This document shows, in pieces, positions 29,225 to 39,241 of a DNA stretch of 64,000 bases. The position numbers were made by a program, and so were the translations under genes. The stretch is taken from contig BDTO01000057.1 of NCBI GenBank assembly GCA_002897855.1, forward strand, positions 39,220-103,219, in the 5' to 3' direction. This DNA is from a bacterium BMS3Bbin05. GTDB taxonomy: Bacteria > Nitrospirota > Thermodesulfovibrionia > Thermodesulfovibrionales > BMS3Bbin05. The notes below the pieces were generated by a model. The model did not search any database. It saw only the letters and a list, made by a program, of their open reading frames with translations, and was not told the origin of the DNA. Numbering within the stretch: the first letter of the stretch is position 1; each line of letters starts with the position of its first letter.

Positions 29225-31033
29225 ATGGTTGCAAAACTGGGACAGTTGCTCATAGCTTCCAACGTTATTACAAAGGAACAGTTGCAGGAAGCCCTTAAAC
29301 ATCAAAAAGGTAAAGGTGGAAGGCTCGGCGCCAGTCTTGTAGAGCTTGGTCTTATAACTGACGAGAAGCTGGTGTCTTTTCTCAGCAAACAGTATGGTGT
29401 TCCATCGATAAATCTTTCCGATTACGAGATAGATTCTTCCGTTATTAAACTCATTCCCCCTGACATGGCAAAGAAATACCTGATAACTCCGGTTGCAAGA
29501 GTTGGAGCTACTCTTACCGTAGCTATGGCTGATCCCTCAAATATTTTTGCTGTAGATGATGTAAAGTTTATGACCGGTTATAATGTCGAGGTGGTGGTTG
29601 CAAGCGAGTCCGCAATTATTGAAACGATATCAAAATACTATGGCGGTGACTCAGGGCTGGTTAAATCGGGAAAGGGAAAGAAGAACATGGCGCTTCAGGC
29701 CAAGGATTATACGTATACGGATGAGGGTGGGTCAGGTGAAGGGGATATATTTGAGGACGATGCGCCTACGGTTGACGTAGATGAATTTGACAACATTGTC
29801 GGAAGTGCGCTGGACGATATCGAGACGGTCGAGGATAGCGATGATACTGAAGCTATAGGAGAAGTTGAGGCCCCCATAGTCAAACTGGTGAACGGCATCT
29901 TTGTTAATGCAATAAAGGCCGGGGCGAGTGATATACATATCGAACCCTACGAAGCAAATCTGCGGGTAAGATACAGGGTTGACGGTGTCATGTATACGGT
30001 TATGAATCTTCCTACAAAGATAAAAAATGCCATCACTTCGAGGATCAAGATCATGTCGAGGCTTGATATCGCCGAGCGCAGGCTGCCGCAGGACGGCAGG
30101 ATCAAGCTGAAACTCGGGAGGAAGAAGGAGATAGATTTTCGTGTATCCGTACTACCCTGTCTTTTTGGTGAAAAGACTGTTTTGAGGATACTGGACAAGG
30201 GCAACCTGGAGGTTGACCTGACAAAGCTTGGTTTTGAGGAAAAGGCTCTTGAAGGCTTTATGGAGGCCATAGAAAAGCCTTATGGCATGATTCTCGTTAC
30301 AGGACCTACAGGAAGCGGGAAAACTACTACGCTCTATTCTTCCCTGCTTCATCTTAATAAACCCGATCGTAACATTATGACTGCCGAGGACCCCGTAGAG
30401 TATAATTTTATGGGTATTAATCAGGTCCAGGTCAGGGAGGAGATAGGCCTGACTTTTGCATCTTCACTCAGGTCTTTTCTCAGGCAGGACCCTGATATAG
30501 TAATGGTTGGAGAGATCAGGGACTTTGAAACGGCTGAAATAGCCGTCAAGGCGGCCCTGACCGGGCACCTTGTACTGTCCACGCTTCATACCAATGATGC
30601 CCCAAGTACGGTTACCAGGCTTCTTAATATGGGTATCGAGCCGTTCCTTGTCTCATCTTCGGTAATAATGATAGTTGCCCAGAGACTGGCGAGGAAGATA
30701 TGCCAGAACTGCAAAGAGGAGGAGAATGTGCCCGAGTCGGCGCTGTTGAATCTGGGATTCAAAGAGAGTGATATAAAAGGGTTAAAGGTATACAGGGGAA
30801 AGGGGTGCCCCTCATGTAATAATTCCGGGTATAAGGGCAGGGTGGCGCTCTATGAAGTTATGCTGATTTCGGATGAGATCAAGGAACTGGTGCTTGAAGG
30901 AGCATCTTCCCTTGACATAAAGAAAGAAGCTGTAAGAGGAGGAATGAAGACGTTGAGAATGAGCGGTGTTACAAAAATTAAGGAGGGGGTAACCACGATT
31001 GAAGAAATACTGAGGGTTACCTTCGGAGACTGA
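29225..31033 (+). CDS. pilB: Type IV pilus assembly ATPase PilB (GspE family) with N-terminal MshEN-type domain
   Basis: Walker A reads GPTGSGKTTT. The tetracysteine CQNC...CPSC is present. The N-terminal RLGASLVELGLITDEKLVSFLSKQ is also seen. Confidence 0.95.
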   Translation: MVAKLGQLLIASNVITKEQLQEALKHQKGKGGRLGASLVELGLITDEKLVSFLSKQYGVPSINLSDYEIDSSVIKLIPPDMAKKYLITPVARVGATLTVAMADPSNIFAVDDVKFMTGYNVEVVVASESAIIETISKYYGGDSGLVKSGKGKKNMALQAKDYTYTDEGGSGEGDIFEDDAPTVDVDEFDNIVGSALDDIETVEDSDDTEAIGEVEAPIVKLVNGIFVNAIKAGASDIHIEPYEANLRVRYRVDGVMYTVMNLPTKIKNAITSRIKIMSRLDIAERRLPQDGRIKLKLGRKKEIDFRVSVLPCLFGEKTVLRILDKGNLEVDLTKLGFEEKALEGFMEAIEKPYGMILVTGPTGSGKTTTLYSSLLHLNKPDRNIMTAEDPVEYNFMGINQVQVREEIGLTFASSLRSFLRQDPDIVMVGEIRDFETAEIAVKAALTGHLVLSTLHTNDAPSTVTRLLNMGIEPFLVSSSVIMIVAQRLARKICQNCKEEENVPESALLNLGFKESDIKGLKVYRGKGCPSCNNSGYKGRVALYEVMLISDEIKELVLEGASSLDIKKEAVRGGMKTLRMSGVTKIKEGVTTIEEILRVTFGD

Positions 31034-31035
31034 TT

Positions 31036-32121
31036 ATGGCGTCACTTTATGATTATCTGAAGACCATGATAGAAAAAGGGGGTTCGGACCTGCACATAAC
31101 CACCGGCAGTCCTCCGAGATTGCGGATTGACGGCAAGCTCATACCTATGGACATTCCGACGCTTACGCCTGCGGATACAAAGGCCCTGTGTTACAGTGTC
31201 CTTACTGATGCGCAAAAGCACAAGTTTGAAGAACATAACGAACTTGATCTCTCGTTTGGCGTCAAGGGCCTGAGCAGGTTCAGGGCCAATATTTTTATGC
31301 AGAGGGGGGCGGTTGCAGGAGCATTCAGGACCATCCCGTTCAGTATCAAGACGTTTAGTGAGCTTGGGCTTCCACCTATTGTAACTGAACTTGTCAGGAA
31401 GCCGAGGGGACTTGTCCTGGTAACCGGTCCGACCGGCAGTGGAAAGACTACAACGCTTGCCGCGATGATTGATGTAATAAACTCTGAACGGCACGAACAT
31501 ATTATTACCATTGAAGACCCTATTGAATATCTGCATCCCCACAAGAAATGCCTGGTCAACCAGCGGGAGGTGAATGCCGATACGGCTTCATTCTCTGATG
31601 CCCTCAAGTATATCCTCAGGCAGGACCCTGATATTGTCCTTATAGGGGAGATGAGAGACCTCGAGACAATCGAGTCGGCTCTAAGGGTTTCTGAGACGGG
31701 GCATTTGAGTTTTGCCACCCTGCATACTAATTCCGCCATACAGACTATAAATCGTGTTGTAGACGTCTTTCCTCCGCATCAGCAGGATCAGGTCAGGGTA
31801 CAGCTTTCCTTTGTCCTTGAAGGTATCATGGCACAGCAGCTGATACCGCGAAAAAACGGGAATGGAAGAGTGCTTGCCATTGAAGTCCTTATCCCCAACG
31901 CCGCCATCAGAAATCTCATAAGAGAGGATAAGGTACACCAGTTGTATTCAATGATGCAGACGGGACAGGCAAAGTTCGGGATGCAGACCATGAATCAGTC
32001 GCTCTATGATCTGTATGTGAAGGGAATGATATCTTATGAAGATGCACTGGGCAGGTCCCCGGTGCCTGATGAGATGATTGCAATGCTCCAGAAGGCAGGA
32101 GTTGCAGCAAAAGGGAGGTAG
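31036..32121 (+). CDS. pilT: Twitching-motility retraction ATPase PilT
   Basis: GPTGSGKTTT and the PilT-specific AIRNLIRE motif are present. Confidence 0.95.
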   Translation: MASLYDYLKTMIEKGGSDLHITTGSPPRLRIDGKLIPMDIPTLTPADTKALCYSVLTDAQKHKFEEHNELDLSFGVKGLSRFRANIFMQRGAVAGAFRTIPFSIKTFSELGLPPIVTELVRKPRGLVLVTGPTGSGKTTTLAAMIDVINSERHEHIITIEDPIEYLHPHKKCLVNQREVNADTASFSDALKYILRQDPDIVLIGEMRDLETIESALRVSETGHLSFATLHTNSAIQTINRVVDVFPPHQQDQVRVQLSFVLEGIMAQQLIPRKNGNGRVLAIEVLIPNAAIRNLIREDKVHQLYSMMQTGQAKFGMQTMNQSLYDLYVKGMISYEDALGRSPVPDEMIAMLQKAGVAAKGR

Positions 32122-32124
32122 TCA

Positions 32125-33342
32125 ATGGCAACAGTATTTCAGTGGTCCGGCAAGGCGCCTACAGGTGAGATCAAATCCGGTGAGATTGTAGCTGCTACCA
32201 AAGAGGAAGTTATGTCCAGGCTGAGGCAACAGAATATCATCCCCACGGCGATATCGGAAAAACAGAAGAAGGCCCTTTTCAGCGGCTTGTCCCTGGGTGG
32301 CGGCAGGGTCAATGATAAAGACATAGTCGTTTTTACGAGGCAGTTTTCAACCATGATAGATGCCGGTCTTCCGCTTGTCCAGGCGCTTGATATCCTCTCA
32401 ACCCAGGTAGAGAACAAGACTTTTGCCAGGGTGCTCGGAGAGATCAAGGTCGATGTGGAAGGGGGTTCCACTTTTGCCGACTCCCTGAAGAAGCACCCCA
32501 AGGTTTTCAGCGAGCTTTATGTCAATATGGTGGCTGCGGGTGAGGCGGGAGGTATACTTGATACAATTCTGAACAGGCTGGCCAATTATATTGAGAAGGC
32601 AATGAAACTCAAGAAAAAGGTTAAGGGCGCTCTGGTATACCCTGCTGTCGTTACAACCATAGCGGTTCTTGTTATCGCAGTCATAATGGTTTTCGTGGTG
32701 CCGACATTTTCCAAGATGTTTGCGAATTTCGGGGCTACGCTTCCCGTGCCAACCCTCATTGTTCTCGGTATCAGCCAGTTTGTTGCCGGGGTGGGTGGAT
32801 TGATAGTTTTAGGCGCTGTTATTGTTGTAATTATTGCCATTATTCAGTTCAGAAAGACGGAGAAAGGCAAATACGTAATTGACAGAATAATGCTGAAACT
32901 GCCTATTTTCGGCATACTGCTTCTGAAAGTTGCGGTTGCAAAATTTACCCGTACTCTTGGGACGCTCATAAGCAGCGGAGTGCCGATACTTGACGGGCTC
33001 GATATAACTGCCAAGACGGCCGGTAACAAGGTGATAGAGCGGTCTGTTATCAGGCTTCGTGCAGCAGTGTCGGAGGGTAAGACAATAGCCGAACCCCTGA
33101 TGCAGGAGAAGGTGTTTCCCCCTATGGTTAACCATATGATAGCAGTGGGTGAGGCAACCGGTGCACTCGATGCCATGATGAGCAAGATCGCGGATTTTTA
33201 TGACGATGAGGTGGATAATGCAGTAAACACCCTTACTTCGATGATGGAGCCGATGCTTATGGTGTTTCTTGGAGGGGCCGTCGGATTCATAGTAGTAGCG
33301 ATGTATCTGCCCATATTCAAGCTCATTACGATTATAAAATAA
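32125..33342 (+). CDS. pilC: Type IV pilus inner-membrane platform protein PilC (GspF family)
   Basis: A duplicated GspF domain and three TM segments. Its position between pilT and pilS fits. Confidence 0.95.
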   Translation: MATVFQWSGKAPTGEIKSGEIVAATKEEVMSRLRQQNIIPTAISEKQKKALFSGLSLGGGRVNDKDIVVFTRQFSTMIDAGLPLVQALDILSTQVENKTFARVLGEIKVDVEGGSTFADSLKKHPKVFSELYVNMVAAGEAGGILDTILNRLANYIEKAMKLKKKVKGALVYPAVVTTIAVLVIAVIMVFVVPTFSKMFANFGATLPVPTLIVLGISQFVAGVGGLIVLGAVIVVIIAIIQFRKTEKGKYVIDRIMLKLPIFGILLLKVAVAKFTRTLGTLISSGVPILDGLDITAKTAGNKVIERSVIRLRAAVSEGKTIAEPLMQEKVFPPMVNHMIAVGEATGALDAMMSKIADFYDDEVDNAVNTLTSMMEPMLMVFLGGAVGFIVVAMYLPIFKLITIIK

Positions 33343-33345
33343 TTG

Positions 33346-34944
33346 ATGCAATCCGATGACAATTACGTAAAACTGAAGGTTCTCATCGCCTTCAGGTTAT
33401 TATTTGTCACTATTCTTCTTGTCGCCTACTTTATCCTGCAGTTAGAGTACAGACTGTTTCCCTATCCAAAGCTTACTGTTTTTCTTATAGGGTTTATATA
33501 TTTTCTCAACATAGTTTATCTCTTATTAATAAAGCTCGGAGGTATCAATCCGAAACTTTTCGGGTATACGCAGCTTACACTTGATATCTTAACCGAAATC
33601 ATACTTATATTGGCTACGGGTGGAATTGAGAGCTGGTTCACCATTACCCTGCTTCTGACAGTCATATCTTCTTCAATAGTAATTGATAAGAAAGCCGGAT
33701 ATGTAATGGCTGCCGTGGCGGGAATCATATATGGCGTTGCAATAGACCTCCAGTACTATCAGGTTATCCCGGTTGCATACAGTAAGGCTTTGGCGGAAAA
33801 AGATTTTCTATATAACATAGTGATAAATATCCTCGCTGTTTATCTGACTGCATACCTCATAGGACATCTCACTTCCGGTCTTGAGACGACAAAGAGGAGA
33901 CTCGATGAAAAATCGATTAATTTAAGGGAACTGTCACATTTCCATTCGGATGTGATTGAAAATATTCCAAGTGGTCTTTTTTCTACCGATCCCGGGGGCA
34001 GAGTAAGACTCTTTAATATGGCAGCCGAGGCTATAACCGGTATAGGCAGGGAGAAAGCGGTTTTATTAAATATAGACGAAATATTTGATTTTATAAAACT
34101 TCCTCTTAAACCAGGCCGCTATAATGGTTTGATTGAGACGAAAAAAGGGAACAGAAACATAGGTATGAGCATTTCCAAACACAGAAATCAGGATAACGAG
34201 ACGGTGGGATATATCGGGACTTTCCAGGATCTCAGCGATATTGTCAGGCTTGAGAACGAGATCAAGAAAAGGGAGAAATTTGCCGCTATCGGAGAATTGT
34301 CTGCAAATATAGCACATGAGATAAGGAATCCGCTGGCCTCTATAAAGGGATCGATCGAGATGATAAAGGAGGGCAGAGGCAACGATGCAGACAGGGATAA
34401 GCTTATGGATATTGCCCTGGATGAGATGACGAGACTCAACGAGATCATAACCGATTTCCTGATTTACTCTCATCCGAAGCCCTTAAAACGCATGAAGTGT
34501 GACATATCCGCCCTGCTGGCGGACACGACGACGTTATTGAAGTCATCCATGGTATGGAATGACGGCATCAGGTACAATGAAGAGATTGAAACACCGCTCC
34601 ATATCATCGCAGACGGCGACAAGTTAAAACAGGTCTTCTGGAACCTCCTCACCAATGCAGCGGAGTCCCTGAATGGTGCAGGTTTAATTTCAGTTAAGGC
34701 ATGGGAAAGAACAGGAAACGTATTTATTGAGATAACCGACTCCGGTGCGGGTATAAGGGAAGAGGATCTTGAAAGAATATTCTATCCATTTTATACAACA
34801 AAACGGGAAGGGACAGGACTCGGGCTTGCTATTGCATATAGAATCATTGAGGAGCATAATGGTAATATTGATGTCAGAAGCGGAGAAGGAAAAGGGACAA
34901 CATTTGCAATCAAGTTGCCTTTTGAACAGGGCCTTAAAGAATGA
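33346..34944 (+). CDS. pilS: Sensor histidine kinase, PilS-like (multi-TM, PAS, HisKA, HATPase)
   Basis: Six N-terminal TM helices, the H-box AHEIRNPL, and the G-boxes DSGAGI and GTGLGL. The symbol is assigned by synteny. Confidence 0.8.
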   Translation: MQSDDNYVKLKVLIAFRLLFVTILLVAYFILQLEYRLFPYPKLTVFLIGFIYFLNIVYLLLIKLGGINPKLFGYTQLTLDILTEIILILATGGIESWFTITLLLTVISSSIVIDKKAGYVMAAVAGIIYGVAIDLQYYQVIPVAYSKALAEKDFLYNIVINILAVYLTAYLIGHLTSGLETTKRRLDEKSINLRELSHFHSDVIENIPSGLFSTDPGGRVRLFNMAAEAITGIGREKAVLLNIDEIFDFIKLPLKPGRYNGLIETKKGNRNIGMSISKHRNQDNETVGYIGTFQDLSDIVRLENEIKKREKFAAIGELSANIAHEIRNPLASIKGSIEMIKEGRGNDADRDKLMDIALDEMTRLNEIITDFLIYSHPKPLKRMKCDISALLADTTTLLKSSMVWNDGIRYNEEIETPLHIIADGDKLKQVFWNLLTNAAESLNGAGLISVKAWERTGNVFIEITDSGAGIREEDLERIFYPFYTTKREGTGLGLAIAYRIIEEHNGNIDVRSGEGKGTTFAIKLPFEQGLKE

Positions 34945-34978
34945 TCTTGATATGTGATATTTTTTTGGCTGTATAATT

Positions 34979-36328
34979 ATGGAAAAAATACTTATAGTTG
35001 AAGATGAAAAAAACATGAATGAGGTCCTGCGGATACTCCTGGAAGGTGAGGGGTATGAAGTTGCATCGGCCTTCGATGGTTATGAGGGGATGGAGCTTAT
35101 AAAAAAAGATATTTATGATCTCGTGATTACTGACATAAAAATGCCCGGAGTCGATGGATTCGGAATACTTAAAAATGTAAAAGAGATTGCCCCGGATACC
35201 ATTGTTGTGATGATAACGGCTTTCGGTACCACAGAATCGGCCATAGAGGCGATGAAGCTGGGTGCATATGATTATATCGACAAGCCGTTTAAGATTGATG
35301 AAATAAGGCTTATTGTCAAGAAGGCAATTGAAAAGAAAAAACTGTCCACCGAGGTCAGGCTTCTAAAAGATAAAGTAGAGACATCATACCGGTTTGAAAA
35401 CATTATAGGCAAAAGCGACAAGATGCAGCAGCTGCTTAGCTCGCTTCCCAAAATTGCGCGGAGTCTTTCCAATGTGCTGATAATGGGCGAGAGTGGCTCC
35501 GGCAAGGAACTTATTGCGCATGCAATCCATGATCTGAGTCCCAGGGCGGAAAAGGATTTTGTTACCATCAACTGTGCGGCTTTCCCGGAAGGGCTGCTTG
35601 AGAGCGAGCTATTCGGGCATATGAGAGGATCGTTTACCGGTGCGGTAAATAACAAGCAGGGCCTTTTTGAGATCGCTGACAGGGGAAGCATATTCCTTGA
35701 CGAGATCGCAGAGATGCCCATGGCCCTGCAATCCAAACTCCTGAGAGTGATCGAGGATGGGACTTTCAGAAGGGTTGGAGGGGTAACCGATATAAAGGTT
35801 GATGCCAGGATTATTTCTGCTACGAATAAGAATCTCCGGCAGTTGACCGGGGAAAGACTTTTTCGTGAAGATCTCTTTTACCGGTTGAATGTTATACCGG
35901 TTAATCTGCCGCCTTTGCGTGAGAGAAAGGATGACATACCGCTTCTAATAGATCATTTTTTGCATAAATATGGACGTAGCAGTGTAAAGATAGACAATAG
36001 TAGCATGCATGCCCTGTCAAATCATGAGTGGCGGGGAAATGTGAGAGAACTTGAAAATATTATTGAAAGGATAGTCACCCTTGCCGACGGGGAGGTTATA
36101 TCGAGGGATATCCTCCCGCCGGAGATACTTCATACTTCAGAACCCGCTACGGTCAACCCCGAGTTGGGAACCGGTATAGACCTTGACAAGGTTCTGGAAG
36201 AGCTTGAAAAGGCATATCTGCTGAAAGCTCTTGATACGGCAAATGGAGTAAAAAATGAAGCTGCAAAGATGTTGAATATATCCTTCAGGTCATTCAGGCA
36301 CAGACTCTCCAAGTATGGCATCAAATAA
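34979..36328 (+). CDS. pilR: Sigma-54-dependent response regulator, PilR-like (REC, AAA+, Fis HTH)
   Basis: DLVITDIKMPG, GESGSGKE, GSFTGA and the C-terminal AAKMLNISFRSFRHRL are present. Confidence 0.85.
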   Translation: MEKILIVEDEKNMNEVLRILLEGEGYEVASAFDGYEGMELIKKDIYDLVITDIKMPGVDGFGILKNVKEIAPDTIVVMITAFGTTESAIEAMKLGAYDYIDKPFKIDEIRLIVKKAIEKKKLSTEVRLLKDKVETSYRFENIIGKSDKMQQLLSSLPKIARSLSNVLIMGESGSGKELIAHAIHDLSPRAEKDFVTINCAAFPEGLLESELFGHMRGSFTGAVNNKQGLFEIADRGSIFLDEIAEMPMALQSKLLRVIEDGTFRRVGGVTDIKVDARIISATNKNLRQLTGERLFREDLFYRLNVIPVNLPPLRERKDDIPLLIDHFLHKYGRSSVKIDNSSMHALSNHEWRGNVRELENIIERIVTLADGEVISRDILPPEILHTSEPATVNPELGTGIDLDKVLEELEKAYLLKALDTANGVKNEAAKMLNISFRSFRHRLSKYGIK

Positions 36329-36364
36329 ATCCGGTATCCGGCTTTGCTTATCGCCGGGTTTGGA

Positions 36365-37123
36365 TTAAAGTATCCTTTCAGGGTTTGCGTATATGTTGAA
36401 TCTCTTTCCCCTCAGAAAACCGATCAGTGTCACACCTGACTCTTCCGCAATGGTTACCGCCCTTATGGTCGGCGCCGTCCTGCTCGCAACGATGGGCACC
36501 TTCCAGCGTGCGCATTTATACGCTATCTCAGACGATAACCTGCCGCTTACGAGCATTATCTTGTCATCAAGAGATATACCTTCGATTAAACAGTAACCTA
36601 TGACCTTATCTACCGCATTATGCCTTCCTATGTCCTCACCATGAACTATTATATTACCCTCATCTGAAACTGCCGCACTATGTATGCATCCCGTGAGTCG
36701 ATAAGACTCGGATATGCTCTGGAATTTTCCGAACAATTCTATCAGGGTCGCCCTGCTTACACCGCCGCTGTAAACTGTTTTGTCAGGTTTTTTGTCATGT
36801 TCGTAAGTAACCCCGCCGATACATCCCGAGGTCCTTATTGCGCCTCTTGTCGATATTTCCCCGTCTGCCGGAAGGTCAACAATAATCTCGTCATTGTATT
36901 CTATAGACATCCTTTCAATGCACAGGCTTCCTTCCATGATACCTTCCGTCATTACAAGACCGGTAACCAGTTCCCTGATCATGGATGGGGAACAATAAAG
37001 ACTGAGCACATCTTCGCCGTTAACGAGTAGCCTGAGTCTTCTTTCAACCGCTATGGCGTCTTCTACTGTTTTTTTGCCGGTTTCGGTTACCTTGACGATA
37101 TCCCTTTTGATAAAAAGCTTCAT
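36365..37123 (-). CDS. fdhD: Formate dehydrogenase accessory sulfurtransferase FdhD
   Basis: DIGRHNAVDKVIGY and the SGCIGG region are present. The start is uncertain: ATG at 37123 or TTG at 37159. Confidence 0.85.
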   Translation of the reverse strand: MKLFIKRDIVKVTETGKKTVEDAIAVERRLRLLVNGEDVLSLYCSPSMIRELVTGLVMTEGIMEGSLCIERMSIEYNDEIIVDLPADGEISTRGAIRTSGCIGGVTYEHDKKPDKTVYSGGVSRATLIELFGKFQSISESYRLTGCIHSAAVSDEGNIIVHGEDIGRHNAVDKVIGYCLIEGISLDDKIMLVSGRLSSEIAYKCARWKVPIVASRTAPTIRAVTIAEESGVTLIGFLRGKRFNIYANPERIL

Positions 37124-37192
37124 GGAACAATTATAAAGTCCTGTACAACCCAAGGTCAAATAATCATTGTTATCTGTTAGAATAATTAAGAT

Positions 37193-39157
37193 ATGGACAG
37201 GGACAGAATAAGAAGGTTGTTACCGGAGGCAGGCATACCCGGCGAACATTACGGGAAATTAAACCGTGAACAACGATCGGTGGTAATGCATGGTGGTGGC
37301 CCCATGCTTGTGCTGGCCGGCGCGGGAACAGGCAAGACAACGACCGTTACCCACAGAGTGGCAAGACTTGTCGAAACCGGTGCCGATCCCGGGTCCATCC
37401 TTCTCCTGACATTTACCAATAAAGCAGCGCGTGACATGATGATGAGGGCCGGCCGGCTTATCGGTGAGAGTATCGGGGGATTGTGGGGTGGAACGTTTCA
37501 TCACCTCTGCAACATGATCCTGAGAATGCATGGTGCTGAATCGGGATATCCCGAATCCTATACAATAATGGACAGGGATGATACCAGGCAGATGATGAAG
37601 GAGATATTGTCTGAACTGAGATCTGATGGAATTGTTCCCAAACCCGCTGTTTTGATCGCCATCAACAGCCTTGCTAAGAATAGCGGAAGAACCATTGAAC
37701 AGATCGTGCAGGAACGGTTTTTTCCACTTAGTGAAAATATCCCCGGCATAAGTCAGGCAATACGCTCTTATGAGGAGAGAAAAGAACGTCTCAACCTGTT
37801 GGATTTTGACGACCTGCTTGTTAATACGCTGGATCTGCTGTGTAAAAACGGGACTGTAGCGGATGCCTATCAGGAAAGATTCATGCATATTCTTGTCGAC
37901 GAGTATCAGGACACAAATCATATCCAGGCTGAAATAGTTGACAGACTTGCCGAACTCCACAGAAACCTCATGGTGGTGGGAGATGATGCACAGTCCATAT
38001 ATTCATTCAGGGGCGCTGATTTTGAGAATATTATCAGGTTTACAGACAGATACCCCGAAGCTGAAACATACAGGCTGACCACAAATTACAGGAGTACCCC
38101 CGAGATACTCGAACTTGCCAATGATGCAATATCACATAATACAAGACAATTCCGCAAGGAACTCCGGTCGGTTAAATATAACTCCGGCAAACCCTGTATC
38201 ACTGCCCTTGAAGATGTATACAGTCAGGCGCAATTCGTAGTGTCTAAAACCGGCGACATTCAATCCGGCGGTGAAAGGTTAAGCAGTATAGCAGTCTTAT
38301 ACCGTTCCCACTACCAGTCCATGGAGCTTCAGATGGAACTTCAGAAAAGGGGGGTCCCTTTTGAAGTAAGGAGCGGGTTGAGATTTTTTGAGATGGCGCA
38401 TATCAAGGATATCCTCTCTTATCTGAGGATAGTATTAAACCCGTTTGATGAGATGGGCTGGAAGAGGGTACTCAGGCTTATTCCCGGCGTAGGGGCTGTA
38501 ACTGCAAACAGGCTGTTTGGCGCTGTCTGTTCAAAGAATAATCCGCTTGATGAAATGTTCAATGTAACTTCGCTGGGTCCAAAGAAATCCCTGGACGGTC
38601 TTCTGCTTCTGTTAAATGCCTTGAAATCGATCGTCCGGGATGACGGGATGATAGATCCTTCTTCCGCAATAGAGACTGTCATGCTAAACGGTTATGAGAA
38701 GCATTTGTACACTACGTATCCGAATGCAGCCAGCAGGGTTGAGGACATCGGGCAGATGAGACAGTATGCATCGGGTTACGAAACAATTGAAGAATTTGTT
38801 TCCGATATGAGCCTTCAGGCCTCCCCTGCCGAACTGATGCCCGATAATGCATACGGTGATGATCTCCTGATCCTTACAACCGTTCACCAGGCTAAGGGGC
38901 TGGAGTGGAATACTGTTTTCATCATAGGTCTTAATGACGGCAGGTTTCCTTCGGTAATTTCGCTGAAAGAAGGAGCCGAAGAGGAAGAAAGGCGCCTGTT
39001 TTATGTAGCTGCCACAAGGGCAAAGGAACGGCTGTTTCTGTGTTATACTCTCACCGGAGGCTACTCGGACGGCGCCGGTTTCTTAAAGCCGTCCAGGTTT
39101 ATCAGAGAACTCGACAGACAACATTACGACAGGATGTCGATAGAAAGGGATTATTGA
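37193..39157 (+). CDS. UvrD/PcrA/Rep-family superfamily-1 DNA helicase
   Basis: LNREQRSVV...VLAGAGTGKTTT, DEYQDTN, VGDDAQSIYSFRGA and TVHQAKGLEW are present. Confidence 0.9.
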   Translation: MDRDRIRRLLPEAGIPGEHYGKLNREQRSVVMHGGGPMLVLAGAGTGKTTTVTHRVARLVETGADPGSILLLTFTNKAARDMMMRAGRLIGESIGGLWGGTFHHLCNMILRMHGAESGYPESYTIMDRDDTRQMMKEILSELRSDGIVPKPAVLIAINSLAKNSGRTIEQIVQERFFPLSENIPGISQAIRSYEERKERLNLLDFDDLLVNTLDLLCKNGTVADAYQERFMHILVDEYQDTNHIQAEIVDRLAELHRNLMVVGDDAQSIYSFRGADFENIIRFTDRYPEAETYRLTTNYRSTPEILELANDAISHNTRQFRKELRSVKYNSGKPCITALEDVYSQAQFVVSKTGDIQSGGERLSSIAVLYRSHYQSMELQMELQKRGVPFEVRSGLRFFEMAHIKDILSYLRIVLNPFDEMGWKRVLRLIPGVGAVTANRLFGAVCSKNNPLDEMFNVTSLGPKKSLDGLLLLLNALKSIVRDDGMIDPSSAIETVMLNGYEKHLYTTYPNAASRVEDIGQMRQYASGYETIEEFVSDMSLQASPAELMPDNAYGDDLLILTTVHQAKGLEWNTVFIIGLNDGRFPSVISLKEGAEEEERRLFYVAATRAKERLFLCYTLTGGYSDGAGFLKPSRFIRELDRQHYDRMSIERDY

Positions 39158-39241
39158 TGCACTATGTTGACTCTGTATCACATTTTAATGAACAATGCGA
39201 CGCATTCAGCCAGACAACAAATTGGAAGTTCCGACAAAAGA

